From IMG/VR virus record IMGVR_UViG_2657245015_000003: a DNA stretch of 7,482 nt; one strand, given 5' to 3'. Positions 5,764 through 7,482 of this stretch are shown piece by piece; positions within the stretch are counted from its first letter, which is position 1, and each line of letters opens with the position of its first letter. The notes below the pieces were generated by a model, which was not told where the DNA came from, did no database searches, and saw nothing but the letters and a program-made list of their open reading frames with translations. The translations under genes were made by a program, and so were the position numbers. The DNA is from a virus (taxonomy: Duplodnaviria > Heunggongvirae > Uroviricota > Caudoviricetes).

Positions 5764-6321
5764 ATGGCTACTATCCTTACCCTTTCTCACCCTGACGTAA
5801 CCATCGAAAATGGTCGCGCTGTCACTACGTCTGTTGCGATCGCCGAGTTCTTTGGCAAACGCCACGAACGAGTGTTGGATAAAATTCGCAATCTGGACTG
5901 TTCAGCAAAATTCACTGAGCACAATTTTGTGTCGAGCGAATACACCGACTCAACCGGGCGCAAACTCCCAATGTACCAAATCACCAAAAACGGCTTCGTT
6001 TTCCTGGTGATGGGCTTCACTGGCAAAAAAGCCGCTGCATTTAAAGAGGCATACATTGCTGAGTTCGACCGCATGGAAGCTGAACTGCGCCAGAATAACG
6101 CCCCGTCTCCCGACAAAATGATTCACGGGGACGGACGCACCCTGGTTATCCGTCTCGACGAACACGGCAATATCAAATTCACTGAAACCGTTCCTGACGG
6201 CGCAATGGTCTGCACCCTGGATACCTTCCTGTTTTATCTGGAGCAACAAGGCTGGACTCTTGTAAACCGGAGCGCAATTAAAAATATGACTGTGGAGCAA
6301 TTGCTAAAAATTCATTGTTGA
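5764..6321 (+). CDS. Rha-family phage regulatory protein
   Basis: The ORF-track frame runs 5467..6321, but the ATG at 5764 has GGAGG 8 nt upstream. The terminator-like hairpin at 5572..5594 lies inside the upstream extension, whose translation looks non-protein-like. From 5764, the segment VTTSVAIAEFFGKRHERVLDKIRNL...KLPMYQITKNGFVFLVMGFTGKKAAAFKEAYIAEFDRME matches the Rha-domain pattern as I recall it. Confidence 0.6.
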   Translation: MATILTLSHPDVTIENGRAVTTSVAIAEFFGKRHERVLDKIRNLDCSAKFTEHNFVSSEYTDSTGRKLPMYQITKNGFVFLVMGFTGKKAAAFKEAYIAEFDRMEAELRQNNAPSPDKMIHGDGRTLVIRLDEHGNIKFTETVPDGAMVCTLDTFLFYLEQQGWTLVNRSAIKNMTVEQLLKIHC

Positions 6322-6331
6322 GGACGCGATA

Positions 6332-6520
6332 ATGGAAACGTCACTACCAAACGTTAATACGTCTGACGGGTGCTTTAATATTGGTGTTCTGCTCAGTAAC
6401 AGGGATTTCACCGAGGATGCAATCAATATGAGAAAATATGAACCCTACCTGCTGAATGACAATTCCATACTCTCCAGAATTGCCCTTCTTAAACTCGGTA
6501 TTTTCGGAGAGTGGCGATGA
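6332..6520 (+). CDS. dicB: DicB-like cell-division inhibitor (62 aa)
   Basis: METSLPNVNTSDGCFNIGVLLSNRDFTEDAINMRK... closely resembles the recalled K-12 DicB N-terminus (M.TLLPNVNTSEGCFEIGV...FTEDAINKRK). 62 aa. GAGGA upstream. Lies downstream of dicF. Confidence 0.8.
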   Translation: METSLPNVNTSDGCFNIGVLLSNRDFTEDAINMRKYEPYLLNDNSILSRIALLKLGIFGEWR

Positions 6521-6720
6521 ACACATTATTCGTACTCATTCTGACTGTACATCTCAATACTGGTGAGTCGCTTGATGCAATCACCGGCATGTACAACTCA
6601 ATGAAAGAATGCATGGCTGCCGCAGCGGAACAGAAAATTCCCGGCAACTGTTATCCGGTCGATAAAGTTATTCACATGGACAATAACGAAATCCCGGCAG
6701 GATTAAAAACAGCGCCGTAA
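6517..6720 (+). CDS. ydfD: YdfD-like small protein (lysis-associated in Qin)
   Basis: ATG at 6517 overlaps the dicB stop as ATGA. 67-aa product with a hydrophobic N-terminus (MNTLFVLILTVHL). Position matches ydfD. Confidence 0.65.
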   Translation: MNTLFVLILTVHLNTGESLDAITGMYNSMKECMAAAAEQKIPGNCYPVDKVIHMDNNEIPAGLKTAP

Positions 6721-6800
6721 TTAATATCCAGTTTCATTTTTATATGCCAGCAATGGCAGGGATTTGTTCACCCTGAAATCTGTAATGAGGTTAAAACAAA

Positions 6801-7482
6801 ATGAGTAAGGTCTTTATTTGCGCCGCTATTCCTGACGAACTGGCAACAAGGGAAGAAGGCGCTGTGGCTGTAGCCACAGCCATTGAAGCTGGCGACGAAC
6901 GCCGTGCTCGAGCAAAATTTCACTGGCAATTCCTGGAACATTATCCGGCTGCTCAGGACTGCGCTTATAAATTTATTGTCTGCGAGGATAAACCTGGCAT
7001 ACCCCGCCCTGCCCTCGATTCCTGGGATGCTGAATATATGCAGGAAAACCGCTGGGATGAGGAATCCGCTTCCTTTGTCCCGGTTGAGACTGAATCAGAT
7101 CCGATGAACGTCACTTTTGACAAGCTGGCCCCTGAAGTACAGAACGCTGTCATGGTTAAGTTCGACACATGTGAAAACATCACCGTTGATATGGTTATTA
7201 GCGCACAGGAATTGTTGCAGGAAGACATGGCAACATTCGACGGACATATCGTTGAAGCGTTGATGAAAATGCCAGATGTTAACGCCATGTATCCGGAGCT
7301 TAAGCTGCATGCCATCGGGTGGGTTAAGCATAAATGTAAGCCTGGTGCCAAATGGCCCGAAATTCAGGCAGAGATGCGCATCTGGAAAAAACGTCGCGAA
7401 GGCGAACGCAAGGAAACCGGAAAATACACGACTGTTGTTGATCTCGCCCGCGCCAGAACCAATCAACAGCACAGTGAAAATT
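6801..7482 (+). CDS. Prophage protein of unknown function (possibly YdfE-like), 3' end runs off the window
   Basis: ATG at 6801 is the first start after an in-frame stop. The frame stays open for 227 codons to the window end (hand translated; absent from the ORF track because it is incomplete). Acidic, protein-like composition. GAGG lies about 10 nt upstream. Confidence 0.55.
   Translation, partial: MSKVFICAAIPDELATREEGAVAVATAIEAGDERRARAKFHWQFLEHYPAAQDCAYKFIVCEDKPGIPRPALDSWDAEYMQENRWDEESASFVPVETESDPMNVTFDKLAPEVQNAVMVKFDTCENITVDMVISAQELLQEDMATFDGHIVEALMKMPDVNAMYPELKLHAIGWVKHKCKPGAKWPEIQAEMRIWKKRREGERKETGKYTTVVDLARARTNQQHSEN

Noticed and set aside
5787-6300. ORFs 5787..6116 (-), 5810..6010 (+) and 5950..6300 (-)
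   Set aside because: They lie entirely within the Rha-family gene on the opposite strand or in another frame. No independent support.
6344-6526. Minus-strand 60-aa ORF antisense to dicB
   Set aside because: Exactly antisense to the recognisable DicB-like gene. Shadow ORF.
6883-7472. ORFs 6883..7107 (+), 6965..7351 (-) and 7095..7472 (-)
   Set aside because: They overlap the long uninterrupted plus-strand ORF starting at 6801, which has a coding-like composition throughout. Treated as shadows.
1-7482. CRISPR arrays, tRNA/rRNA genes, IS elements or integrase
   Set aside because: No regularly spaced direct repeats with spacers, no tRNA-like cloverleaf candidates and no transposase or integrase-like ORFs were seen. 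The only repeats are the short ori iterons and the operator half-sites.

Overview
This window reads as the immunity/early-regulatory and replication core of a lambdoid (Qin/DicA-type) prophage from an Enterobacteriaceae host. Minus strand, left to right: a partial tandem winged-helix protein, a lambda-P-like helicase loader, an O-like replication initiator with an internal iteron/AT-rich ori, a YdaT-family protein and a Cro-position DicC-like regulator. A 76-bp divergent operator/promoter region separates this from the plus-strand DicA-like repressor. Downstream of dicA sits a second operator-bearing promoter driving a dicB-type operon: ydfA-, ydfB-, ydfC-like small genes, the DicF sRNA, dicB, a ydfD-like gene and a partial larger ORF. 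Two segments interrupt this operon relative to the contiguous ydfC-dicF-dicB order I recall for E. coli K-12 Qin (memory, not verified by alignment): an AT-rich cassette of two convergent, 3'-overlapping unknown ORFs (4260..4938) between ydfC and dicF, and a Rha-family gene preceded by its own terminator-like hairpin (about 5441..6306) between dicF and dicB. The convergent cassette is the best candidate for an undescribed accessory system. All protein calls come from reading the translations and from recalled family features; no database search was run.
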